Shown here: positions 25,689 through 37,134 of the stretch, in pieces
Position numbering within the stretch: position 1 is the first letter of the stretch
Layout of the letters: every line of letters begins with the position of its first letter
From: Mobula hypostoma
Lineage: Eukaryota
DNA length: 64,000 nt
Assembly: GCF_963921235.1 (NCBI RefSeq)
Contig: NC_086097.1
Span: 64,668,001 to 64,732,000, forward strand
Direction: 5' to 3'
The notes under the pieces: generated by a model
What the model saw: the letters and a program-made list of their open reading frames with translations, nothing else
What the model was told of the DNA's origin: nothing
The model's database searches: none
Position numbers and translations under genes: made by a program

Positions 25689-27070
25689 CAGTGGCATGCA
25701 AAAGTTTGGGCACCCTGGTCAAAATTTCTGTTACTGTGAATAGTTAAGTGAGATAGAAGATGAACTGATCTCCAAAAGTCATAAAGTTAAAGATCAAACA
25801 TTTTAAGCAAGATTAGTGTATTATTTTTGTTTTGTACAATTTTAGAGTGAAAAAAAGGAAAGGAGCATCATGCAAAAGTTTGGGCACCCCAAGAGATTTG
25901 AGCTCTCAGATAACTTTTACCAAGGTCTCAGACCTCAATTAGCTTGTTAGGGCAATGGCTTGTTCACAGTCATCATTAGGAAAGGCCAGGTGATGCAAAT
26001 TTCAAAGCTTTATAAATACCCTGACAACTCAAACTTTGTCCCAACAATCAGCAGCCATGGGCTCCTCTAAGCAGCTGCCTAGTACTCTGAAAATTAAAAT
26101 AAATAATGCCCACAAAGATTTAGCAGACTCTGGAGTGGTGGTGCACTGTTCTACTGTGCAGCGACACCTGCACAAATATGACCTTCATGGAAAAGCCATC
26201 AGAAGAAAACTTTTCCTGCGTCCTCACCATAAAATTCAGCATCAGAAGTTTGCAAAGGAACATCTAAACAAGGCTGATGCATTTTGGAAACAAGTCCTGT
26301 GGACTGATGAAGTTAAAATAGAACTTTTTGGCCGCAGTGAGCAAAGGTATGTTTGGAGAAAAAAGGGTGCAGAATTTCATGAAAAGAACGCCTCTCCAAC
26401 TGTTCAGCACAGGGGTGGATCGATCATGCTTTGGGCTTGTGTTGCAGCTAGTGGCACGGGGAATGTTTCACTGGTAGAGGGAAGAATGAATTCAGTTAAA
26501 TACCAGCAAATTCTGAAAGCAAACATCACACCGTCTGTAAAAAAGCTGAAGATGAAAAGAGGATGGCTTCTACAACAGGATAATGAACCTAAACACACCT
26601 CAAAATCCACAATGGACTACCTCAAGAGGTACAAGCTGAAGGTTTTGTCATGGCCCTCACAGTCCCCCGACCTAAACATCATCGAACATCTGTGGATAGA
26701 CCTCAAAAGAGCAGTGCATGCAAGACGGCCCAAGAATCTCACAGAACGGGAATGGGCGAAAATCCCCCAATCAAGAACTGAGAAACTCTTAGCTGGCTAC
26801 AGAAAGCGTTTACAAGCTGTGATACTTGCCAAAGGGGGTGTTTCTAAGTACTGGCCATGCAGGGTGCCCAAACTTTTGCTTCGGGCCCTTTTTATTTTTT
26901 GTTATTTTGAAACTGTAAGAGATGGAAATAAAAAAGTAATCTTGCTTAAAATATTAAAGAAATGTGTCATCTTTAAACTTATGCCTTTTGCAAATCAGGT
27001 CATCTTTTACTCAGCTATTCACAGTAACAGAAATTTTGACCAGGGGTGCCCAAACTTTTGCATGCCACTG
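25689..27070 (+). mobile_element. Tc1-family DNA transposon with IR/DR ends, internally deleted
   Basis: Near-perfect terminal inverted repeats of about 60 bp starting cagtggcatgcaaaagtttgggcaccc; inner copies of the binding motif at about 25869-25890 and 26861-26879; TA on the right flank, CA on the left within a (TA/CA)n tract. Confidence 0.97.
25993..26018 (+). promoter_or_regulatory. Putative transposase promoter (octamer ATGCAAAT and TATA box TATAAATA)
   Basis: ATGCAAAT at 25993-26000 and TATAAATA at 26011-26018, about 40 nt upstream of the Kozak-context ATG (gcagccATGG) at 26057. Confidence 0.45.
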
Positions 27071-27085
27071 TACAAACATAAGTGA
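26057..27085 (+). pseudogene. Tc1 DD34E transposase with in-frame N-terminal deletion and stop read-through
   Basis: WTDE ... QQDNEPKH ... SPDLNIIE, with 34 residues between D and E. The N-terminus MGSSKQLP..AHK jumps directly to DLADSG. The expected end GGVSKY is followed by TGG (26852-26854) instead of a stop. Confidence 0.9.
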
Positions 27086-28540
27086 AGAACACATTTGATA
27101 CTTCCTACTTTACAATCCATTAAGTAGCTGCAGAGATTTCAAAAATCCCTGAAGTATGAATAATCCAAAGCTTTATTTTCAAAGCTTATCTGTAGGGGCT
27201 GAAGGCAGGCAGAGATAACTCATGAGGTGGGAGTATGATTGGTAGTAAAAATGACAATTGGCGGTAGGACAGGTGGCATGAGGAAAAAAGTATCCAAGTA
27301 ATGAGAATGGTAGATCATGCAGATGTGTAGACTACCTGCTTTAGCTCCTGATCTGTCCTCACTATTGGCAATTTCACACTGAAAATATTTGGTAGCCAGA
27401 TTCAAACAATGAGAAACCAACCCAAAAATTGTGTATGTTTTCCCTTTGTAAGCATTCTGTTAGGTACAACTGACCACGCTGTGCAGAATAGAAATTGGAG
27501 ATTTTCACTACAAATTAGGTGTAAAGATTTCATTGTGAATATTTATTCATTTCAGATCTACAGAGAGGCAAACACGTGCACATATTTTGTTGGTTGTCAA
27601 CTAGCTTTTCAAACTGAATTGAAGTAGCGTTTGAGGAAACAATTAAAAAGTTATTCTCATGGTTTGGCAGCACACACTCTCACCTGCAGCATTTTCAAAC
27701 AGGAAGGTAATCATGTCTTCATATTCCACATTTTGTCAAAATAGATACTGCAAAGGAAGAAATTAAACTAATTTTGCATGTGTCCTTGAAAAGTAAAATT
27801 GGTTTCATTTCCAGCCTATCCATAATTTCGAGTACAACATATGAATGATCATGTTGCTAAGAAATAATCAATTCTATTGATGAAATGTTTATTCCTCTCC
27901 ATAGATGCTGCCTGACCCACTGAGTTGCTCCAGCATTTTGTGCGTGTTACTATCAATTCTCTTGTTCAATATTTCAAAAGTTATCTCTCTGCAACTTTAG
28001 AGCAACTGCCAGTGAGACATTAAGAGTTGCCCTTACCAATAACAGACTATTCTTTGAAAGCTCCTCATTGTGGTCTTCATTTCTATCGTTCATCAGCTCC
28101 CTGTCTTCCAGAGAACAAGGGCTGAATTATTGCTCTTACTGGCTTAGTTGTACATCACTCCCATTTTCAGAGATGGTTTTGGTTGCTGGTAACTCAGATA
28201 TAAATGTTTCTCCGTGTCCCTTAGTGACTTTATCTTTGCCCATATCTCTAACTCCCTCCACCCATCAATGACCCTCTCCAAAGCCTTTGGTCTAGTTCCT
28301 TTTTTTCACTGTCCTGTTGACCAATGTATCACCAATTGCCAGAACTCACTCTCCAGAACTCCAAACCAGTATAGACCATCGCCTCAACATTTCATTCCCA
28401 TTCTTCATAAAGCGCAGTCATGGCCGTCATCCTTTGCTGAATCAGGAAGTGGCATGAATCCAATTGGCCGAATGGCTCTGAATGTGTGTAATATGTAAAC
28501 CAGATAAGACACCATAGGCTAGAAGTTCTATTTAACGTAG

Positions 28541-28839
28541 TTATTTATTTTAGCAATTACAGTGTAGAGTAGGCCCTTCTGGCCCTTCAAGCCAAGTTGC
28601 CCCAACAATCCCTGACAAACCCAACTAACCCTATCCTAATCACGGGACAACATACAATGACCAATTGTAAATTGATCTTTGGACTCAGGGAGGAAACTGG
28701 AGCACCTGTGGAAAATTCACACACTCCACAGGGAGAACATACTGAGGCTCCTTACAGAACAGCACCGGAATTGAACTCTGCACTCCGGAACGCTTCAAGC
28801 TGTAATAGCATCATGCTAGCCGCTACGCTACCATGCCGC
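28541..28839 (-). mobile_element. V-SINE (HE1/HER-like)
   Basis: Minus-strand head 'gcggcatggtagcgtagcggctagc...gagttcaattcc'; V-domain 'ggtgctccagtttcctcc'. Confidence 0.85.
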
Positions 28840-29053
28840 ACTGGAAACGCCACGCTGTAGAGTTATCACACAGATCATGGATCAACTGCTGCAAACGTGA
28901 TTCTTGCCCAAGTGCTCGGACATCGTAGATCGACGGTTTCAATCTCCAATCTCGTGCACCAAGTGCTCAAGGGAAAATGTGGCAACTGGGAGTGAGCCTG
29001 GCTCAAGAGGCAATTTGGCCCATCAACTCTACACCAACACTTAGAGCACTCCC

Positions 29054-29390
29054 AGAATCAGAATCAGAGTTAATATCACTGGAATATGTTGTGAAATACG
29101 TTGTTTTGCAGTAGCAGTACATTACGATGCATAATAACAGAAACTATATGTTACAATAAGGATAATATACATAAATTAAATCAGTAGTGCAAAATGAAAG
29201 CAAAAAGAAAGTTAGGTAGTGTTCATGGGTTCATTGTCCACTCAGAAATCTGATGGGAGAGGGGAAGAAGCTGTTCCTAAAATGTTGTGTGTCTTCAGGC
29301 TCCTGCACCACCTCCTTGATGGTAGCAATGGGAAGAGAGCATAACCTGGGTGATGGGGTCCTCCATGATGGATGTTTCCTTTTTGAGGCA
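29054..29390 (-). mobile_element. Rex1/Babar-type LINE 3' end
   Basis: (cagaat)n tail; 'ggggaagaagctgttcct...tcaggctcctg..ccacctcc..gatggtagcaatg' is the antisense of the ORF end. Confidence 0.8.
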
Positions 29391-29500
29391 CCTGCTAATC
29401 ATATTTCCCCATTGCAGTCACTGTAACCAAGTCTCCTCCATATTCTGATTCTTCCTGTGGACCAGCAGACCATTAAACTGTCAACACCTTTGCGATGTTG

Positions 29501-29976
29501 GAGGATTCCTGGGATGGCAAGACTTTCATATGATGAAAGACTGGATCGACTAGGCTTATACTTGTTGGAATTTAGAAGATTGAGGGGGGATCTTATTGAA
29601 ACGTATAAAATCCTAAAGGGATTGGACAGGCTAAATGCAGGAAGATTGTTCCCAATGTTGGGGAAGTCCAGAACGAGGGGTCACAGTTTGGGGATAAAGG
29701 GGAAGCCTTTTAGGACCGAGATTAGGAAAAACTTCTTCACACAGAGACTGGTGAATCTGTGGAATTCTCTGCCACAGGAAACAGTTGAGGCCAGTTCATT
29801 GGCTATATTTAAGAGGGAGTTAGATATGGCCTTTGTGGCTAAGGGGATCAGGGGGTATGGAGGGAAGGCTGGTACAGGGTTCTGAGTTGGATGATCAGCC
29901 ATGATCATACTGAATGGCGGTGCAGGCTCGAAGGGCCGAATGGCCTACTCCTGCACCTATTTTCTATGTTTCTATG
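29501..29976 (+). mobile_element. Young 5'-truncated CR1 LINE, inserted in an old V-SINE (about 29460-30070)
   Basis: Uninterrupted IPGMARLSYDERLDRLGLYLLEFRRLRGDLIETYKI...NLWNSLP; tail tttctatgtttctatg. Confidence 0.92.
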
Positions 29977-30179
29977 AAACTGACGTGTTGTCAGACAAAG
30001 CCCATGTGGTCACAAGGAGAACATGTAAACTTCACACAGACTGTACTTGACCTCAGGGGTTGGTGCCAACGTCACTGCTGACCCTAGCAACAGCTCATTG
30101 AAAACGATGGAAACTTCAAATATTCTCACTTAGCCTGCTACAGCTGAGAATCATGACTGCATCTATGATGTGCACAGTC

Positions 30180-32975
30180 AGTGGTGAAGTTCTACTGTGA
30201 CTGAATGATCTACCGCGGCTGGAAGCAGACTGGACTGTGGCCGGCACACTGCCCCTTTAAGAAGCCGCTGGTGAAAGAAGGGTCGATGTTCTGGTCTGAT
30301 GGTATGTTTAAAAAAACGAGGTTTTCGACTCCCAATACCAATTATCTTGCTGACAAACATGCAGTCCCTGGTAAATACAATCAAAAATCTCAGAGCTAGG
30401 GCTCTGTACCAGAGGGTCGTTGGGAACGTATGCGTCCTTTGTTTTACAGAAACTTGGTTAACCCCTTCTGTGCTGGATGCAGCAATTCAAACAGATGCAT
30501 TCACAATACATTGTCAAGATAGGTCGGTTGAGTCTCTCAAAGGCAGAGGTGGAGGTGTATGCTTCAAGATCAACTCCTTGTGATGTACTAATGCATCAGT
30601 GACATCCCAATATTGCTCACCAGACCTGGAATACTTCACAATTAAGTGCCATCCATTTTACCTGCCGTGAGTTTTCTGCGATCTTTTTTTGGTAGCAGTG
30701 TGCACGTCACCTCAGGCTAATGTCAAACAGGCTCTAGACAAACAGAGCAATGTAATCAACAGGTATGAAGGAGCACATCTGAAGCATTCCCCAGGCCAGT
30801 CACTAAATAAATATTATCAACAGTCACCTGTAGTACCAGAGGAAATAACACACTGGACCACAGTTACACTAAGCTCAAGAATGCCTACCGTGCTATTGCA
30901 TGCCCACAGTTTGGTAAGTCTGATCACCTGGCTGTAGAGAGAGACAGTAGTGAGGACCAAGAAGGTATGAACCAGGGAGGCACAGGAGAGCTTACAGGAC
31001 TGCTATGCATCAGTGGACTGGACTGTGTTCAGGGAGTCATCTATGAGCCTGGATGAGTATGTCACGGCTATCACCAACTTCATTAAAACCTGTGTGGATG
31101 ACTGTGTGTTTATGAAAACTTCCCGTACATTCCCAGATCAAAAGTCATGGATGAACCAGGAGGTTTATAGTCTGCTGAGGGTTAGATCTACGGCATTTAA
31201 ATCCGGCGATCCAGGTCTGTATAAGAAAACTAGGTATGACTTGCGGAGGGCCATTTCAAGAGCCAAGAAACAACTCCAGGAGAGGTTGGAGGCGACATTG
31301 GATGTATGACAACTCTGGCAGGGTTTGCAGGACATTACTTCCTACAAAGCGAAATCCAATAGCATGAATGGCAGCGATGCTTCACTACCAGTCGAGCTCA
31401 ATGCCTTTCATGCTCGCTTTGAAAGGGAGAATAAAACCACAGCAATGAGGATCCCTGCAGCATCTTGTGACCCTGTGATCTCTGTCTTGGAGGCTGATAT
31501 CAGGCTGTCCTTCAAGAGGGTGAACCCTCGCAAGGCAGCAGGAACTGATGGAGTACCTGGTAAGGCTCTGAAAACCTGTGCCAACCAACTGGCGGGAGTA
31601 TTGAAAGACATTTTCAATCTCTCACCTTCCCCCAAAAGGGCAACAATTATACCAGTGCCCAAGAAGAATATCGTCCATAAGTGCTCACATCTACGGTGAT
31701 GAAATGTTTAGAGAGATTGGTTATGGCTAGAATCAACACCTGTCTCAGGAAGGTCCTGGACCAACTGCAATTTTCCTGTTGCCACAATAGGTCTACAGCA
31801 GATGTGATCTTAGTGGCTCCTCATGTAGTCTTGGTTCACCTGGACCCACGTCAGGATGCTGCTTATTGACTACACCATTTAACACTATCATTCTAACAGT
31901 GCTGATTGAAAAGCTACAGAACCAAGGCCTCTGCACCTCCCTTTGCAACTGGATCCTTAGCTTACTAATCGGAAGACCACAGTCTGTGCGGATTGGAAAT
32001 AACATCTCCAACTTGCTGACAGTGAACACTGAAAGGGATATGTGCCTAGCCCACTGGTCCACTCTCTCTACACGACTGTATGGCTAGGCAGAGCTTAAAT
32101 GCCATCTATACGTTTCCTGATGATAATACCATTGTTGGCAGAATTTCAGACAGCGATGAAAGGGAGTATAGAAGCAAGATAAACCGGTGAGTGGAGAGGC
32201 GTCGCTGCAGCAACCTTGCACTCGATGTCAGCTAGACCAAAGAGCTGATTGTGGACTTCAGGAAGGGTAAGATGAGGGACCAAAATCCTATCCTCACAGA
32301 GGGATCGGAAGTGGAGAGAGTGAGCAATTTCAAGTTCCTGGGTGTCAATATCTCTGAGGATCTAACCTGGTCCCAACATATTGATGCAGCTATAAAGAAG
32401 GCAAGACAGCAGCTATATTTCATTAGGAGATTTGGTTTGCCAACTAAAACACTCAAACTTCTACAAATGTACTGTGGAGAGCATTCTGACTGGCTGCATC
32501 ACCGTCTGGAATGCGGGTGGGGGCTACTGCACAAGATCGAAATAAGTTGCAGAAACTTGTAAAGTTGTTCAGCTCCATCATGGGTACTAGCCTCCATAGT
32601 ATCCAAGACAGCTTCAAGGAGCGGTGCCTTAGGAAGGTGCCATCCATCATTAAGGATCCCACCACCCAGGACATGCCAGGAAGGAGGTACAGAAGCCTGA
32701 AAGCACATACGCAGTGATTCAGTAACAGCTTCTTCTCCTCTGCCATCCGATATCTAAATGGGTATTGAACCCATGAACACTACCTCAATACTTCTTTATT
32801 TCTGTTATTTTGCAATACTTATTTTAACTTAACTATTTTATATATATATTTAATGCAACTCAGTTTTTTCCTCTCTCTTTTTAAATCATGTACTTCATTG
32901 TATTGCTGACATAAAGTTAACAGATTTCACGACATATGCTGGTAGTACTAAATCTGATTCTGATTCTGACTTCTG
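30180..32975 (+). mobile_element. Near full-length Rex1/Babar-type LINE (APE endonuclease and RT), decayed
   Basis: VLCFTETWL and GGGVCF (APE); NPRKAAGTDGVPGKALKTCANQLAGV, MKCLERLV, FPDD.TIVG, VDFRK..FKFLGV; tail tctgattctgattctga. Confidence 0.92.
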
Positions 32976-33367
32976 ACAAGGGACCTGTGCAGCAATGGTA
33001 TCTACTGGCTCAGTGGGGAACTCCTAGCACGGATAATCACAGCAAGTGCTGGACTCCATTCTGGAGATCAAGGAATATGCTTTAATCTAACATTGTGGAG
33101 AACAATTGTACTATTTAGAAAACAAGCAGCAGTTGGCCCATGATGAAATGCCACAGTTTAGGACACATCTGCCATTGTACGCAACTTTGTTAATACCCGA
33201 GTCAAAAATTCATGAACCTTTTACTTTAAGTTGGAAAAAGCATGGGAGCTGGTGATGTCATGCGGGCATTTATTTGAACTTACTGTATTTGGATTATACT
33301 TGTTAGAATCTTTGAAATGAAGAAAGCATTGTAAAAAGCTGCAGAGGGTTGTAGACCCAGCCACCTC

Positions 33368-33833
33368 CATCATAGGCATGAACCTCCCCACCAATGAGGA
33401 CATCATGGGCACGAGCCTCCCCACCAATGAGGACATCACGGGCACGAATCTCCCCACCAACGAGGACATCATGGGCACGAATCTCCCCACCAACGAGGAC
33501 ATCACGGGCACGAATCTCCCCACCAACGAGGACATCATGGGCACGAGCCTCCCCACCAACGAGGACATCATGGGCACGAGCCTCCCCACCAACGAGGACA
33601 TCACGGGCACGAGCCTCCCCACCAATGAGGACATCACGGGCACGAATCTCCCCACCAACGAGGACATCATGGGCACGAGCCTCCCCACCAACGAGGACAT
33701 CATGGGCACGAGCCTCCCCACCAACGAGGACATCACGGGCACGAGCCTCCCCACCAACGAGGACATCACGGGCACGAGCCTCCCCACCAACGAGGACATC
33801 ACGGGCACGAGCCTCCCCACCAACGAGGACATC
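33368..33833. repeat. 33-bp minisatellite, 14 copies (unit catca[c/t]gggcacga[g/a][c/t]ctccccaccaa[c/t]gagga)
   Basis: Counted from the sequence and from the (T/M)GT(S/N)LPTNEDI repeat in ORF 33378-33992. Confidence 0.97.
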
Positions 33834-34045
33834 CTCAAAAGGTGGTGCCATCCATCATTAAGGATCCTCCCCATCCATCACCTCTTCTCATTACTACCGT
33901 CAGGGAGGCGGTACAGGGGCCTGAGGACACACACTCAATGCTTTAGGAACAGCTTCTTCCACTCCACCATCAGATTTTTGACAGGTCCGTGAACAAGCAC
34001 TACCTCAGTTTTTTGCTTTTTTTTTGCATTATTTATATTTTTAGA

Positions 34046-34562
34046 TTCTCTGTGGCCACTTTATTAGGTCCACCTGAAACCTGGTTGTTAATGCAAATAC
34101 CTAACTAGCCAATTATGTGGCAGTAATCAATGCATAAAAGCATGCAGACGTGGTCAAGAGGCTCTGTAGACCAAACATCAGAATGGAGAAAAATGTGATC
34201 TAAATTATTTAGATCGTGGTATGATTGTTGGTGCCAGTCAGGGTTGCTTTGAGTATCTCAGAAACTGCTGATCTGGGATTTTCACACACCTTACAGAGAA
34301 TGATACAAAAAGTGGCAGTTTTGTGGGCGAAAACATCTTGTTAATGAGAGAGGTCAGAGGACGATTGCCAGACTGGAGAATGACAGGAAGGCAACAGTAA
34401 CTCAAATAACCGCGCATTACAACTGTGGTGCGCAGAAGAGCATAAATGAACACACATGTCGAACCTTGAAGCAGATGGACTAGAGCAGCAGAAGACCACA
34501 AACCTACACTCAGTGGTTGCTTTATTAGATATGTGAAGTACCTAGTGAGGCGGCCACTGAGT
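34046..34562 (+). mobile_element. Non-autonomous Tc1-like element
   Basis: Termini '..gtggccactttattagg' and 'cctagtgaggcggccactgag'; transposase remnant DRGMIVGA..LSISETADL-GFSHT. Confidence 0.8.
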
Positions 34563-34756
34563 ATGTTGCTTATAGTAACTTATAGTAATGTTTATGCATT
34601 TTACTGTACTGCAGTAAAGCACAAACTTCATTGTATCTGTCAGTGATAATAAACCTGATTCAGATTCTGAAAACATATTTTGAAATTAAATAGTGTACTG
34701 CCAAAAAGCAGCATGAAGTGCTGCACCACTTGGACCCTAACATACAATGGTCTAAT

Positions 34757-35041
34757 TCAAGCAACACACACAAAATGCTGGTGAACGCAGCAGGCCAGAC
34801 AGCATCCATAGGAAGAAGCACAGGCGACGTTTCAGGCCGAGACCCTTTATCTGGACTAACTGAAAGAAGAGATAGTAAGATAATCTCTTACTATCTCTTC
34901 TTTCAGTTAGTCTTGACGAAGAGTCTCGACCCGAAACGTTGACTGTGCTTCTTCCTATGGATGCTGTCTGGCCTGCTGCGTTCCACCAGCATTTTGTGTG
35001 TGTTGCTTGAATTTCCAGCATCTGCAGATTTCCTTGTGTTT
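34757..35041. mobile_element. Penelope-derived palindromic element with two degenerate hammerheads
   Basis: Inverted arms of about 125 bp meet at about 34881-34885; right-hand tail 35014-35041; near-TSD atggtctaat (34747-34756) / atgctctaat (35042-35051). Confidence 0.9.
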
Positions 35042-37134
35042 ATGCTCTAATACAATGCTCCTTGTCCTAGAAATCCCCAATGATGGATGTTCCAGGGACA
35101 ATGTAATCTAATTGTTCCTCCAATGTTATGAAGGCAGTATGGCCCAGGGAATTATGTCTATGGTTGAGCATTTGCTTCAGAATTTGCTTCAGATGTAAGA
35201 GTACGATTCTTACTAGAATTACAGGGTCTGAATTTCCAGGATGAGACCAACCAATCTGGAAAGTGTTGTTATTGCATTCACCCAGGAACTCTTCTGTTAT
35301 GTAGCACTGAAATTAACAACGCTTTGTGATGGAAGTTCCAGGCATAAGTCCTCATTCTTATCAGGAAGTTAAAAACTTAAACCATCTCCATGAAGAGTTG
35401 TTCTATCTCCCTTCCGTTTGACTGAAGTTCCTTCTGTCCTTTGACCTGTCTGTCAATTGAGGTTACAATTCATCAATTAATTACTAAAATATTCTTTTAG
35501 GTATATGTTCTCTTGAATCCAAATTCCTCTCTTTTAGGAGATCACTGCAGTTTAAATAATGAACAAGTATTAATTTTCAATATCCTCATAAACTTTAACC
35601 TGAGAACACTTGTGATTTGAGTGCAAGAATTTCCATAGGTAATGATGCCTTAAGCTAAGTGATCAATTTCACCAGAGGAATTACAGCAGTATCAGCCTGT
35701 GGTTCTGAAATACATGGCTATAATACCAGCACAAGGAATTTTATTTCACAACAGATGAAACTTGGGTTTATAACACAACCTGGGATGCTGAAAGAATGGT
35801 AGAACAATACAACGATAAAAGGAAGCCTATCTCTGAGGCAATCATGGATTACCTTATCTTTGTTTTTGCAAATTCAAACACTGCTTGAGAGCTTCAATAC
35901 TCCATCAAGAGTTTATTTTGTCCCCGCAGCTGCAAACTTATACAATGTAATTGATGTTTGAAAATGGCTGACCTCAGCGTTCTTTTGTCAAAGTTTACAT
36001 CAGTCCATGGTTTAGAGAAACACTACTCAGTAAGTGCTCAGTGTTTGCTTTGTTCAGATTTTCATAGGAAATAGGAGCACTGACCTGTTGAAGCCAGCCT
36101 GAAGCGCAGGCAGATGAGGGTTGGAAATACAAAAACAAAGTGCATTAGTTGATATTTTGCTTTACTGTTTAATGAGAGAGCATTGATTTATTTTTTTGAT
36201 CTTTATATTTCTGTCTTATTTGCTTTCCTGGATCAATATATGCATTGTATAATAGAATCAATTACCTATTATAGAATATATGAACTGATGTAGCAAGGCA
36301 AATTATTCTTTAGCTAAGGTAACTCCAAAAAAACCTCCATTAAACCATTGCCAACTTTTGAAATTACTGGGGGGAAAAAAGGCTGGCAGAAAGGTCTAAG
36401 GTCCTTTCCAACACATGTGGAACAAATTCCGCAACACTATCCAACATCCACAGTCACAAGAATCCATTTTACATTTGAGTTGTGGAGAAAGTATCTAAAG
36501 GATTCTTTAATGCTTCCATCAGTTGTTCAAGGTGCATATTTATGCAGAAATTACCTGCGCTCCCTCCGTGAGACTTTGAACTGCTGCTCTATCAATTGTT
36601 GGCTGAGATTACCAGAGACAGCAGAGTACACAAGGCTGTCTGCTCTGGACTCAGATGTAAAAGAGAGCTGTTTATACTCAGCAACTGATTAGCCAAGTCA
36701 GTCAATATTTGCATGATGAGAAGATAATCAGTTCTTTATGTGAAACTGGTTTTAATTTATCCAGGAAGAAAGTTCCTGGCTTGATAAGTAGTTTTGTCAC
36801 AAAGAGCCAATCTAACAACAGTACGGGGCGGAAATCCCTTTAGGCTGGTTTCAGGCCTGAATTAGACACCTCATTGGGGACAGCAGGGTGGCTCACAGCC
36901 AACAAAAAAATGGAACCACAGACTTCATTATTTGACCAAGCTGTTGGCGCTTGTGGCGGATTGCCCATTTTCAAAAACCAGTGGAGAGGATGAGGAAGCA
37001 ATGGGAGAACGAACCCTGCTTCTCCTGGCTTCACAAGAAGGTTAAAATATGGGCTGCAATTCCAACATTGGCTTCAGTTCCACCATTCGGTTCTGCAAGA
37101 GGCCCCACACAGGGTTTCTGTCTCACCTCCAAAT

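Larger units (their letters stand above)
33325..34670 (+). mobile_element. Rex1/Babar-type LINE 3' end containing a minisatellite and a Tc1 remnant
   Basis: KKLQRVV..A..I ... LFSLLPSGRRYRGLRTHTQCFRNSFFHSTIRFL; tail 'ataataaacctgattcagattctga'. Confidence 0.85.

Noticed and set aside
26036..27085. Intact active transposase of 349 aa
   Set aside because: The normal-looking length is coincidental: an N-terminal deletion is offset by read-through into the TIR.
33221..33992. Four long repetitive ORFs and a CRISPR-like regular array
   Set aside because: The units are contiguous with no unique spacers and derive from a LINE ORF end. The ORFs exist only because the 33-bp unit lacks stops.
34718..35021. 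Pair of near-identical ORFs on opposite strands, or a miRNA precursor
   Set aside because: This follows from the PLE palindrome; there is no independent evidence for coding or miRNA function.
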